Part shown: one piece after another, positions 44,024 through 52,818 of the stretch
Position numbering within the stretch: position 1 is the first letter of the stretch
Layout of the letters: each line of letters opens with the position of its first letter
Sequence record: OR352956.1
Direction: 5' to 3' (one strand)
DNA length: 64,000 nucleotides
Source: Escherichia phage AV126
Notes under the pieces: model-generated
The model's database searches: none
Told to the model about the DNA's origin: nothing
Seen by the model: only the letters and a program-made list of their open reading frames with translations
Position numbers and translations under genes: made by a program

Positions 44024-44305
44024 ATGGAACTCGTTCAAGAATTGTATAATGCTTTAGGAGCAAAAGGAAAGGATTGGCCCGAACATGCGCTTATCGCTAT
44101 AAGAGACTCCGATGGTGAGATTAAGTTCTCTAGTGTAAGTAAAGAACACATCGTAGAAAATGAGTTTGGTATTTACATGCGTGGAACTTATTGCTTATTC
44201 AACACCAGAATGGTAGAAGCCCCTGTTATTGAGTGTGGAACAAAAGATTGCCCCACAATCGTAACAAAATCTGAATATGAGAAGTTTTTCTACGCTAAAG
44301 CTTGA
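44024..44305 (+). CDS. hypothetical protein (93 aa)
   Basis: AAGGAGG SD; followed by terminator at 44350. Confidence 0.55.
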   Translation: MELVQELYNALGAKGKDWPEHALIAIRDSDGEIKFSSVSKEHIVENEFGIYMRGTYCLFNTRMVEAPVIECGTKDCPTIVTKSEYEKFFYAKA

Positions 44306-44349
44306 CACAGAAACAATACTATAGGATAGTGATTCTATCGTAGCAATAG

Positions 44350-44372
44350 AACCCGCTTCGGCGGGTTTTTTC
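44350..44372 (+). terminator. rho-independent terminator
   Basis: AACCCGCTTCGGCGGGTT + TTTTT. Confidence 0.85.
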
Positions 44373-44396
44373 ATATCTGTAGCAATAGGAGGTCGT

Positions 44397-44627
44397 GTGT
44401 TAAATAAAATCGAAGAAGGTTGTATGGCATTTTTGGTAGATAACCCGTTTCCGTTTATGGTTAAGATCCATGTAGGAGAGTATTTAGGTAATGACGAATG
44501 GGATTGTAGTATCAATAGCGAAATGCACTACTACCAACCAACAATACTTAAGACGGATCAAATGGCGCGTATCACAGTAGAGGATGAATTGATCATTGAG
44601 TTATACGAGAGAGCACTGCACAAGTAA
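44397..44627 (+). CDS. hypothetical protein (76 aa)
   Basis: GTG start after AGGAGG (or ATG 44424); last plus-strand gene before convergent terminator. Confidence 0.45.
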   Translation: MLNKIEEGCMAFLVDNPFPFMVKIHVGEYLGNDEWDCSINSEMHYYQPTILKTDQMARITVEDELIIELYERALHK

Positions 44628-44670
44628 GCTAGAACCCACCTAAATCGAACAGAGACGCTCTAAAATAGAA

Positions 44671-44698
44671 AAGGCACCCACTTGGGTGCCTTTGTTTT
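44671..44698. terminator. bidirectional rho-independent terminator at convergence point
   Basis: AAGGCACCCACTTGGGTGCCTT flanked by A-run upstream and T-run downstream; between last plus gene and last minus gene. Confidence 0.75.
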
Positions 44699-44969
44699 AT
44701 TCTTCGTTAGATTGCGTTTCAGATGCGTTAAATTCGGTTTCAGTACAACTTGCTAGGTAACTTATATTTTGCATCACTACAACTACAGGTGTTTGAAGTT
44801 TATCTTCTAGCCCCGCAGCCACTTGAGCCAAGGCATTATCAATATTTGATTTCCTAACACCTGTTCCATGTCCTGTTGCCAAGTAAAGATTACCTTCCCC
44901 TTTTTGTGTAGCATTAGCAAAGTAGTAAACGTAATGTGCAAGGTAGTAATCACGGATTTCTTCAGTCAT
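44697..44969 (-). CDS. hypothetical protein (90 aa)
   Basis: Last gene of leftward block; AGGAGAA SD. Confidence 0.5.
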   Translation of the reverse strand: MTEEIRDYYLAHYVYYFANATQKGEGNLYLATGHGTGVRKSNIDNALAQVAAGLEDKLQTPVVVVMQNISYLASCTETEFNASETQSNEE

Positions 44970-44986
44970 TTTATTCTCCTGATAAG

Positions 44987-45006
44987 AAAGGGGCCGAAGC
45001 CCCTTG
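44987..45006 (-). terminator. intercistronic GC hairpin with UUCG loop (minus strand)
   Basis: Minus sense AAGGGGCUUCGGCCCCUUU after Sir2 stop, then SD and ATG of next gene. Confidence 0.45.
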
Positions 45007-45012
45007 AGTGGT

Positions 45013-45813
45013 TTATTTGTTTAAATGGTCTTCAACCATTTTGATAAAGCCTTCATCACTGAAGACTGTTCCTGCTTTCTCTCGGTAGACAAGCACTCCA
45101 CGTTCTTCGTAGAGAGTTTGTTCTACAAAATTCAAACCTGGGTTAACTACTACCATCTTAACCCCAATATTCAGGGCAGGGAAGAGTTCCCAGTTGAAGT
45201 TGATTACTTGGTTAGAGCAGCCTACAACGATAACCATATCTTGTGATGTTAGTTGATCCAGTTTGTGATACATGTCTGTGTAGAGTGGTGCATTCTCACC
45301 AAAAAACACCACATTAGGCTTCACATATTTGTAATCGTCTACATCAATAGCTGCGTAACCCACATCTTTGATAATTTTGTTATCAACAACAACTTCTGGC
45401 AAGAAGCCATGAACGTGCAATATTTCTTCTCTATCGATTCCAGCGCGTTCTAATAGATCGTCAACGTTAGTAGTAATGTTAATAATCCTTTCTGCACCGT
45501 ATTTTTCGAACCATTCTCCAATCTGAAGATGTGCTGGATTCGGGTCAACTTTCTCTAATTCCACGCGACGTTTATTGTAGAAGTCGTGAGTTTTACGGTA
45601 GAGGTTATATCCTTCCACATCTAAGCCACCCATAGCATCAGGAATACCCTGTTCTTGCTGATAACCGTCACGGAAGTTGAAAATGTCACAGACTTCTGTT
45701 AAATCGTATTCATCCCATAATGCCTTTCCAGAATCTGTTTCTGTGCGAAATGTTTGGATTCCGCTGTCAGCACTTAGTCCCGCACCACTAATAAAATATA
45801 CACGTCTTGGCAT
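45013..45813 (-). CDS. Sir2-family NAD-dependent protein (sirtuin-like, 266 aa)
   Basis: GAGLSADSGIQTFR (Rossmann NAD motif), TTNVDDLLERAG...HVHG (catalytic His), PNVVFFGE, IVVGCSNQV; no CxxC zinc-ribbon pairs. Confidence 0.75.
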   Translation of the reverse strand: MPRRVYFISGAGLSADSGIQTFRTETDSGKALWDEYDLTEVCDIFNFRDGYQQEQGIPDAMGGLDVEGYNLYRKTHDFYNKRRVELEKVDPNPAHLQIGEWFEKYGAERIINITTNVDDLLERAGIDREEILHVHGFLPEVVVDNKIIKDVGYAAIDVDDYKYVKPNVVFFGENAPLYTDMYHKLDQLTSQDMVIVVGCSNQVINFNWELFPALNIGVKMVVVNPGLNFVEQTLYEERGVLVYREKAGTVFSDEGFIKMVEDHLNK

Positions 45814-46286
45814 TATTCGTCCTCCTCAAATGGATCATAAGAATCATATTCGTAAGTATCATCTTCTGAAAATTCTACTTCGAAATAAATATCAAACTCT
45901 GCAAACAGACGTAGGATGTTAGACATGCTATAATAATTATCGTAGGCAGATTCAGCTTCATAGTAAACATAAAGCAAATGGTTAGCCTTATCATCTTCCA
46001 AATATTTCCCGTCTGCATACGCATAGTCTGCATATGCTTTACCTGCATCTTCTACAAGAGAACGATCAAGCAGAGTAGGAAATGGTTTCTCTTTTTCTTT
46101 TAGTTTGCTCACCAACCAATGTGCAATATCATTCCATTCTGCATCCATACCACTAAAGCAACTTGCTTCTTCTCCAAAAGAAGCTTCTCCTAAATCGCCA
46201 CTAATACGAACAACATTAGATGAATTATAGCCACACGTTTCACAATCAGAGTAACTATTATGCACATTGACATTTACTTGAAACAT
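45813..46286 (-). CDS. hypothetical acidic protein (157 aa)
   Basis: ORF; start overlaps Sir2 stop. Confidence 0.5.
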   Translation of the reverse strand: MFQVNVNVHNSYSDCETCGYNSSNVVRISGDLGEASFGEEASCFSGMDAEWNDIAHWLVSKLKEKEKPFPTLLDRSLVEDAGKAYADYAYADGKYLEDDKANHLLYVYYEAESAYDNYYSMSNILRLFAEFDIYFEVEFSEDDTYEYDSYDPFEEDE

Positions 46287-46344
46287 ATTCCCTCCTATAA
46301 AAGAAAAGCCCCCTGAAACAGGAGGCTTTGTTCAGATGTTGGCA

Positions 46345-46998
46345 CTATACCAGACTTTGTAGGTATTTGTCAAGGGCTTCTTGATCACCTTGGCAAACAT
46401 AGCAACGGAAGTCTTGAGCCGAAGGTTGTTTATTTTCATCCCAATCCCAATAAACGTTACCTTTATAACGTGAACCAGGGAACTCAAAAGAGGCTGTATG
46501 TGTAATGTACCCTGGGCCACCAGTGAAATCACAGAATGAAAATTGAGGGTATGCCGCCTTTACTGCCTCAATAAACCAAGCTTTACGATCTAAGGCTTCA
46601 TTGATGCTATATGCATGTCTCTCCATTTCTTCCCAAGTTTTCCAGACGCTTCTCTCATCAGGAGAGAAGACAAGCCATTCTGGAAGGTAGAGAGTGTCAT
46701 AGTAATCATCATATTCGATCTCGGATGCGCACGAAGCTGACTCCTCCAACTTTGAGTAGTCAAAAGCGGAATATACCCACCAACCATCTTCCAGCAAGGC
46801 TTTGATAGGGACAAAACCTTTATCTGCATATTGATCAAATTGTTTGACACGGTGGCTTGTGCAGTCTTCAAACTCACATTCTAAACGATATGCACCTTTT
46901 CGACGAGCCTCAAGACCGTGTGTACTGAAAATAACAACACTTCCTTCACCATCATTACGATCTACTTGATAAGCAACTACTGGTTTTGAATTTGACAT
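46345..46998 (-). CDS. hypothetical protein (217 aa)
   Basis: ORF in co-oriented block. Confidence 0.5.
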   Translation of the reverse strand: MSNSKPVVAYQVDRNDGEGSVVIFSTHGLEARRKGAYRLECEFEDCTSHRVKQFDQYADKGFVPIKALLEDGWWVYSAFDYSKLEESASCASEIEYDDYYDTLYLPEWLVFSPDERSVWKTWEEMERHAYSINEALDRKAWFIEAVKAAYPQFSFCDFTGGPGYITHTASFEFPGSRYKGNVYWDWDENKQPSAQDFRCYVCQGDQEALDKYLQSLV

Positions 46999-47681
46999 TA
47001 TTTCTCCTTATCTAGAAGATTGTTAGACAAAAACACTGCACGAGCAAAACCACGTGCGGTTAGTGATCTAAGTTGTTTTGTTTTTGCACTGGCTCCGCCT
47101 AAGCTTTTCCAACCCCAGAAGCAGCCTATATGATCTACTGGTTTCTTCACTGGTTGAACAAAACCATTGCCGTGCCAAATACAAGTTTTCTTTGTATACC
47201 CATCACGGGTAGGCATTTTAGGATGAAAGCTTCCTTCCTCTTCAAACAAATACCCACCATACTCATAAGGATCAAAGTAAAAATCGGGTTTACGCCATAA
47301 GGTTGAAAGTTTACCTACTGGGTTTTCAATCATCCAAGGAACATTATATTTGTTACCCAAAGCTTCCACTACACGAATATTAGCTAAAGCTTCGTCTAAT
47401 TCCTCTGTGCTGCGTTCGTGTTTGCTACCACTACCTGCTAACATAGTGCAAGGTGGAAATCCAAAAATAATATCGGGTTTAGGTATTCCATGATCTTCAG
47501 GGTTGAATGTAGAATCTATCCAAGCATTCACATAGGTTATGTTTGGGTGTTCCATCCTAACCTCGTATTTACCGTGGTCCCCTTCATCAGCGTTTACACA
47601 AAAACACTTGTGACCTGCTTCGGCATAACGTAACACCATGATCCCAGATCCGTCAAACATAGACAAAACTGTTTTACTCAT
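46998..47681 (-). CDS. C5-methyltransferase-fold protein (about 227 aa)
   Basis: ATG 47681 after GGAGGGG; FDGSG (motif I-like), GFPPCT (motif IV-like Pro-Cys), ENPVGK (ENV-like); no obvious target-recognition domain. Confidence 0.45.
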   Translation of the reverse strand: MSKTVLSMFDGSGIMVLRYAEAGHKCFCVNADEGDHGKYEVRMEHPNITYVNAWIDSTFNPEDHGIPKPDIIFGFPPCTMLAGSGSKHERSTEELDEALANIRVVEALGNKYNVPWMIENPVGKLSTLWRKPDFYFDPYEYGGYLFEEEGSFHPKMPTRDGYTKKTCIWHGNGFVQPVKKPVDHIGCFWGWKSLGGASAKTKQLRSLTARGFARAVFLSNNLLDKEK

Positions 47682-48087
47682 TACCCCTCCATTCAAGACA
47701 AGCCATAACTTTACGCCAATCACTTTCTGTAAGAAAAATCTCGTTTGCTTTCTTCCACAAATCTAGATCGTGAAGGGTTGGAATACGATATGTTAGTTCA
47801 CAGAATCTATGTTCTTCTTCTGTAATATAACCAAAATGCAAAGCCACATCGTGAAACCAACACCAACCATGCATCTCTCGAACAACATGATCATGTTGAG
47901 ACATTGTTTTATGACGTAAACCTAACCAACAAGGAACAGATACTTTAGTAGTCTTTAATCTGTGATCAACAGTATTAGAGTATTCAATAATAGCTATCAA
48001 TTTCAATCGTGCTTTTTCTAAATCCTCATGCGGCACTTTGAAATAACTTTCTGAAAGATATCCACACATATTAATAACCTCCTTCAA
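47674..48087 (-). CDS. hypothetical protein (137 aa)
   Basis: ORF overlapping neighbours. Confidence 0.5.
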   Translation of the reverse strand: MKEVINMCGYLSESYFKVPHEDLEKARLKLIAIIEYSNTVDHRLKTTKVSVPCWLGLRHKTMSQHDHVVREMHGWCWFHDVALHFGYITEEEHRFCELTYRIPTLHDLDLWKKANEIFLTESDWRKVMACLEWRGNE

Positions 48088-49012
48088 AAGGCTTAACTAC
48101 ATGTTGATTAGCTTTAAAACGTTCAACATAGTCGTTTTCACCCATGTTTTCATATAGCTTAGTAACAACATAAAAGTTCTCCCAAGCATATTCCCTAAAC
48201 CAACCACTAGTGATAGATGTGCAAACTTTAGATAAAGCCATCATAAAACTTTGCTTAGGGGTTGGACCTCCGATCTCTTCACCGAAAGGAATTTGTGAAC
48301 GTTCCAAAGCCAAAACACACGCTTCTTCATAAACACCTAACAGGCGCACATGTTTTGGTTGAGCAAAAAACTTTTCTTTGCTGGTCATAACTTCACTTCC
48401 ATCTTTCATATAAGATTTATATGCTGGAGCATCCATTACTGCGATTGCTTCATGAATAGAGTCATGATCATAAACATACGGAACCTCATCACCTTTAAAG
48501 AAGTCTTTACTTCTCACGTTTAAGTTTGGATGAGAGTAAGTATATGTTTCTTTCTCACGCAACTCATAAATACTCTTAAGATTTTCTGGGATCTTTGCGC
48601 CTAGTGATCGCATGAAATGAATATCTTTCATAGTTTTAAAGAAGTAAGGACTATCCTTTTTAAAACGATGACTCATTTTAAGAAGGTAGAGCACATCTAA
48701 AGGAGCAACAACGTGTCCAGCGTAAGTTCGACGAATATCATCACAGTCTTCACAATAACTAATCAAAGCTTCTGTGCTATTTCCTTGAGAAGCAATATCG
48801 TATTCCAAATGTGCACCCGCTATCATTTTGACATGGCCCTTGTTCCCTTTACGCTCTACAAGTTCAACAAACTCATCTTGAGAGAACATTTTTGATAATT
48901 CTTCCCACTCTTGTTCTGTACAGAGATAATCTAAATCTACACAAGGGCGATACAAGTCTTTTCCCATGTCCATAGCATGAATTTGTAATGCACGGCTACC
49001 AATTAACACCAT
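48071..49012 (-). CDS. hypothetical protein (313 aa)
   Basis: ORF with upstream promoter (TTGACA-17-TAAACT) at 49043-49071; weak nucleotidyltransferase-like GS...DLD pattern. Confidence 0.5.
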   Translation of the reverse strand: MVLIGSRALQIHAMDMGKDLYRPCVDLDYLCTEQEWEELSKMFSQDEFVELVERKGNKGHVKMIAGAHLEYDIASQGNSTEALISYCEDCDDIRRTYAGHVVAPLDVLYLLKMSHRFKKDSPYFFKTMKDIHFMRSLGAKIPENLKSIYELREKETYTYSHPNLNVRSKDFFKGDEVPYVYDHDSIHEAIAVMDAPAYKSYMKDGSEVMTSKEKFFAQPKHVRLLGVYEEACVLALERSQIPFGEEIGGPTPKQSFMMALSKVCTSITSGWFREYAWENFYVVTKLYENMGENDYVERFKANQHVVKPFEGGY

Positions 49013-49042
49013 AATATTTCTCCTCTATTGGTTGATAGGTTA

Positions 49043-49071
49043 AGTTTATCAAGCTTCCAGATTTCTGTCAA
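49043..49071 (-). promoter_or_regulatory. sigma70-like promoter (minus strand)
   Basis: Minus sense TTGACA - 17 nt - TAAACT, directly after terminator 49072-49095 and upstream of ORF 48071..49012. Confidence 0.55.
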
Positions 49072-49095
49072 TAAAAAACCCGCCGAAGCGGGTTA
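49072..49095 (-). terminator. rho-independent terminator (minus strand)
   Basis: Minus sense AACCCGCTTCGGCGGGTT + TTTTTT immediately after stop of ORF 49103..49375. Confidence 0.85.
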
Positions 49096-49102
49096 TTATT
49101 TA

Positions 49103-49375
49103 CTAACACATTGAGGAAGAAGAGATCCAAACACCTCTTGTGGTTAAACCATTTTCATCCAACTCTACACCATAATCTTCACAAATGAAATCAATATAGT
49201 GATCTGCGGCTGGCGTTCCTGTAGGGTAATAAGTTTCTCCGTTGCCGTAGTCACCTATCCAAGCTTGTTCCTGAAACTGTTCACAAAGTTCTTCGATTTC
49301 CTTACGAAACTTTCTTTGTGCTTGTTCCATCTCTTTAACTTTCTTTTTTATCAGCAGTTCGCCTTCAGACTCCAC
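49103..49375 (-). CDS. small acidic protein, W-x-SSS-C family copy 1 (90 aa)
   Basis: C-terminal ...GVWISSSSMC; followed by strong terminator. Confidence 0.5.
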   Translation of the reverse strand: MESEGELLIKKKVKEMEQAQRKFRKEIEELCEQFQEQAWIGDYGNGETYYPTGTPAADHYIDFICEDYGVELDENGLTTRGVWISSSSMC

Positions 49376-49384
49376 AATCTCTCC

Positions 49385-49603
49385 TTAACAGCTACTACTG
49401 TGCCAAACGCCTTGAGAATTAACGACGAAACCATCATCACCTTCACCATAACAAGAAGAGGATTGCCAATCTTCAAAACAGATTGCGTTATCTTCTAAAC
49501 TAAGACCAAAACCAGCATCTTCAGCTTCTTTTGTAAGTTCGTCCACTAAAGCCATAATAGCTTGGGCTTTTTCAGTTAATTCTTCAACATTACGATCACT
49601 CAT
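49385..49603 (-). CDS. small acidic protein, W-x-SSS-C family copy 2 (about 72 aa)
   Basis: ATG 49603 after GGAGG; internal EDWQSSSC and C-terminal GVWHSSSC. Confidence 0.5.
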   Translation of the reverse strand: MSDRNVEELTEKAQAIMALVDELTKEAEDAGFGLSLEDNAICFEDWQSSSCYGEGDDGFVVNSQGVWHSSSC

Positions 49604-49917
49604 TAGTATTTCTCCTCCGGTTGGAAAACTGAACGACAAGCCCACATACTAGCTTCTTTTAAATGTTTAATAGCACAACGGATTTGATCAATACGCTCGT
49701 ATGCAACATCTAATTCTTTTTCTGTGCCGTCAAAAGACCCATGATATGCTTCACAATACTCTTCCTCTAAAGCTTTGAAGATTAAACCTAAACGCTCTTC
49801 TGCATCTTTAATAGCGTTAACCTTGCCAATCTTATCGTCGGTATGCGCCTTATAACCTTTGATATCTTCGATTCCCACTTTACCTCCTATTAACAACTTA
49901 AAGAAGATGGATGCCAA
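49603..49917 (-). CDS. hypothetical protein (104 aa)
   Basis: ORF; TAATG overlap with downstream. Confidence 0.5.
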   Translation of the reverse strand: MASIFFKLLIGGKVGIEDIKGYKAHTDDKIGKVNAIKDAEERLGLIFKALEEEYCEAYHGSFDGTEKELDVAYERIDQIRCAIKHLKEASMWACRSVFQPEEKY

Positions 49918-50087
49918 TTTGTCCCAGTATTCTCATTTTCATCTTCTGGATCATAATAACCACCCATCCCATATTCAGGGGAGAAATGGAAACCTTCTCC
50001 AGTCTCGTCTGCTAACTGCTCTGCTTCCGCTAAAGCATCATAAGCTGCTTTTACGGCTTCTTCTACTGTTTTAAACTTGGTCGTCAT
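49890..50087 (-). CDS. small acidic protein, W-x-SS-C family copy 3 (65 aa)
   Basis: C-terminal ...TNWHPSSLSC. Confidence 0.45.
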   Translation of the reverse strand: MTTKFKTVEEAVKAAYDALAEAEQLADETGEGFHFSPEYGMGGYYDPEDENENTGTNWHPSSLSC

Positions 50088-50361
50088 AAAATTTCTCCTC
50101 TCCTAAAGACATGGTGACATGAAATGCACGATATGTAAATTCGTTGTCCGTTGTATTTGAATAAAACTCAAATTGAACAACACCGTCTTGAGAAGACAAA
50201 TACATGCCAATTTGAACTGTACCTTCTGGTACTAGGTAAGCATACTCTGGGCGTAGTGTTACATTGTAAAAATAAAGTTCACCAACACCCATTTCATCCC
50301 AAGCTTCCCAAGCGGTAACGAAGTTACTTTCAAAACTTGTTACTGATCCGAACTCTGCCAT
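50071..50361 (-). CDS. hypothetical protein (96 aa)
   Basis: ORF in co-oriented block. Confidence 0.5.
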   Translation of the reverse strand: MAEFGSVTSFESNFVTAWEAWDEMGVGELYFYNVTLRPEYAYLVPEGTVQIGMYLSSQDGVVQFEFYSNTTDNEFTYRAFHVTMSLGEEKFYDDQV

Positions 50362-50852
50362 AAAACCTCCTCAATTTTGTAGTTTGACTCCATCTCCAAC
50401 ACATTTCCACGAACGTCTCTCCGAAGAAAGGCATAAGCTTTATTAGGTATTGTAGACTCATATTTAACCATATCTGGCACAGCAAAAGATACTACTACTC
50501 CTTCTGGGCTTCTGTCAAGAGCCTTATTAATATTTCTAAGGATATCGTTAGCCAAGATTTCTGCCAATTCTCCAAGAACAGTTTCGGTTATATCTTTATA
50601 CCCCATTAAATATTTGTTAATATCTTTCATCTCTGCATTGTTCAGAGTATAGTCTAAAGGATAGAAATTCAAAGCGGAGTCACTTTTATGTGTCCACATG
50701 AAATGTACCCGATCCGAGCAGAATCGTAACCCTCTACGAAGAATGTCTTCTACAACAGGGAGAATTTCTTTTGTCACATCATTAACCATGTTGTAATCTA
50801 AGATTTCTGCCAAGTTTGTTCTTTGTTCACCACGTTTACGTTTAGGAATCAC
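50340..50852 (-). CDS. hypothetical protein (170 aa)
   Basis: ORF in co-oriented block. Confidence 0.5.
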   Translation of the reverse strand: MIPKRKRGEQRTNLAEILDYNMVNDVTKEILPVVEDILRRGLRFCSDRVHFMWTHKSDSALNFYPLDYTLNNAEMKDINKYLMGYKDITETVLGELAEILANDILRNINKALDRSPEGVVVSFAVPDMVKYESTIPNKAYAFLRRDVRGNVLEMESNYKIEEVLWQSSDQ

Positions 50853-51423
50853 TTGTTATTGCCCTCATTACCAAAGGTCGTAGAAAATCATAAATCTCTT
50901 GTTTTGTTTTCCCACGAATGTTTAAACAAGGAACATTATTTGCTTTAGCTATCTTCCAAGCCGTAGCTGTTCCGCCTTTTGCATCTCCGTGTTTATCAGT
51001 ATCGGCACAAGCCAACAAGAAACATGATGGAGCAGGATTCTCCAAATCTTTACCTAACACCTGATGCACATTACGTTGGTGCAATTTTCTAGCGCCCTGC
51101 TTAAGCTTTTCATAAGCTGGGTGAACATCTTTGATCCATTGCACAGAGATAGCATAGTTCATTGTATCTGGTTTTGCAAGAACAATAACATCACCTGGAA
51201 TCTGATTACCTTTGAAATTTTCCCAAGGTACATAAATCTCCTTGTTAGTAGGATTTTCAGACTCTTGGACACCTGTTTCAAAAGCAGAATCACTACCCTC
51301 TGCCTTCCCAGACCTTAATTTAAACCCAAGGTTTGAAAGCCATTTCCCTATGCCTACCATCAAAGCCCACTCTTCTTCAGATATGTCTCTACTTCCAACT
51401 CCCGTATAGAACAGTTCTGCCAT
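50842..51423 (-). CDS. SLOG/DprA-like Rossmann-fold protein (about 193 aa)
   Basis: ATG 51423 after GAGGTGAT; TGVGSRDIS...RSGKAEGSDSAFETG resembles GxGSR / SGGAxGxD motifs of DprA/LOG-like folds. Confidence 0.45.
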   Translation of the reverse strand: MAELFYTGVGSRDISEEEWALMVGIGKWLSNLGFKLRSGKAEGSDSAFETGVQESENPTNKEIYVPWENFKGNQIPGDVIVLAKPDTMNYAISVQWIKDVHPAYEKLKQGARKLHQRNVHQVLGKDLENPAPSCFLLACADTDKHGDAKGGTATAWKIAKANNVPCLNIRGKTKQEIYDFLRPLVMRAITSDS

Positions 51424-51430
51424 AATCACC

Positions 51431-51739
51431 TCAACAAGTAATTTCAAAAGGTGTATAGGGTTCCGTATTTCTCATGATCCAAGGACTGCTAGGATTGCTC
51501 GGATCATAAGGACCAAAAGGTTTTATGGTAGGTTGTGTCTCTTTCTTCTGAATCTCTTCAAAAATACGACGAAGTTCAGAATATTCTTGATCCACCATAA
51601 GATTCGGTGCATCTGATTCTACAGCTTGCAGGTTATCTTCCTTAAAAATAATCTCTCGAACAAGATTAACATCTTCTGTTTCTAAGATAACTTCTTTACG
51701 GATATTACCTACACTTTGAATAATTGTAATCTTATACAT
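51431..51739 (-). CDS. hypothetical protein (102 aa)
   Basis: ORF; ATGA-type coupling. Confidence 0.5.
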   Translation of the reverse strand: MYKITIIQSVGNIRKEVILETEDVNLVREIIFKEDNLQAVESDAPNLMVDQEYSELRRIFEEIQKKETQPTIKPFGPYDPSNPSSPWIMRNTEPYTPFEITC

Positions 51740-52482
51740 TAATCCTCCTCAAGAGTTGAATAAAATTGAAGACCACCGTCCATATCGAAATAAGCAAATG
51801 TTAAGTTATTATTGAACACAGATCCAGTATCCATATAAACACGATTCGCATTGATAATAGGTGTTTTTACATAAGAGTGTCCATGAAACACATAGTCCAC
51901 ACCCATCACAACAGGAAGTTTCATTCCCTCTTTAGCACAGTCCACCATATCTCTGTCCCACATAAGTGCTTCAGCAAAACGGTTTTCCTGTGTTTTTGTC
52001 ATCTTCAAAGTGTATTCTGGAATATCTGTTACAGGGAGATATTCCAAAGAAGATGGATACCCACCATGAATAAACGCAAGTTTCATGCCTCTGTAGTTAA
52101 CAATGAGAACAACAGGTAAATCTTCTGTCATCATTGCTAAGGCTGTAGCTCCTTCTTCACCACATTCTTCAAGGACTGTATATCCTCCATTTTGATACCA
52201 ACACTCGAAGTAGCTACGATCTCCTTCCAGCATACCTTTAATCATCATGTCTTCATGATTTCCACGAATAGCATAGCGGTTGTGTTTACGAGTAAATTCT
52301 AAAACACAACGAAAGTTTTGCTTTCCACGGTCAGTAAGATCTCCTAAAGATACAACTACATCTGTATCTCGGATACCTAACTTTGCCTTTCCTTTTTCAT
52401 ACAAATTATAACAACCGTGTAGATCTCCAATTATAAAAAGATCTTGATCGCTTTTAACAGTAATTTCTCTATGTATGATCAC
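51739..52482 (-). CDS. Ser/Thr protein phosphatase (calcineurin-like metallophosphoesterase, 247 aa)
   Basis: IIGDLHGC, GDLTDRG, RGNHE metallophosphatase motifs. Confidence 0.8.
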   Translation of the reverse strand: MIIHREITVKSDQDLFIIGDLHGCYNLYEKGKAKLGIRDTDVVVSLGDLTDRGKQNFRCVLEFTRKHNRYAIRGNHEDMMIKGMLEGDRSYFECWYQNGGYTVLEECGEEGATALAMMTEDLPVVLIVNYRGMKLAFIHGGYPSSLEYLPVTDIPEYTLKMTKTQENRFAEALMWDRDMVDCAKEGMKLPVVMGVDYVFHGHSYVKTPIINANRVYMDTGSVFNNNLTFAYFDMDGGLQFYSTLEED

Positions 52483-52808
52483 TTATCCTCCTCAAAATCT
52501 AAGAAAATAAAAATATTCACCTTTCCTTCAATCTCTTGTTCTAAAACAAGATCGGCAAATTCTGCATAAGCTTTCTCTTCAACTTTTTCAATATGCTCTG
52601 CGGCATCTTTAAAAGGTGTATCCCCATCCACCTTTACTAATAAGAAAAGAGATCGCATTTCGACGCTTTTACTGTTACGAGGAAGGAAATCTACAGCTTC
52701 AACAATTCTCCAACCCAAATAGCCAGGAGTTTTATGAATCTCCCCTAAATGCTTTTCTAAGATTTTACGACCCTCGTCGATAAGGGCTTGTTCTGTAGTA
52801 ATTTCCAT
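52479..52808 (-). CDS. hypothetical protein (109 aa)
   Basis: ORF; GAGGAGG SD. Confidence 0.5.
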   Translation of the reverse strand: MEITTEQALIDEGRKILEKHLGEIHKTPGYLGWRIVEAVDFLPRNSKSVEMRSLFLLVKVDGDTPFKDAAEHIEKVEEKAYAEFADLVLEQEIEGKVNIFIFLDFEEDK

Positions 52809-52818
52809 TCCTTCCTCC

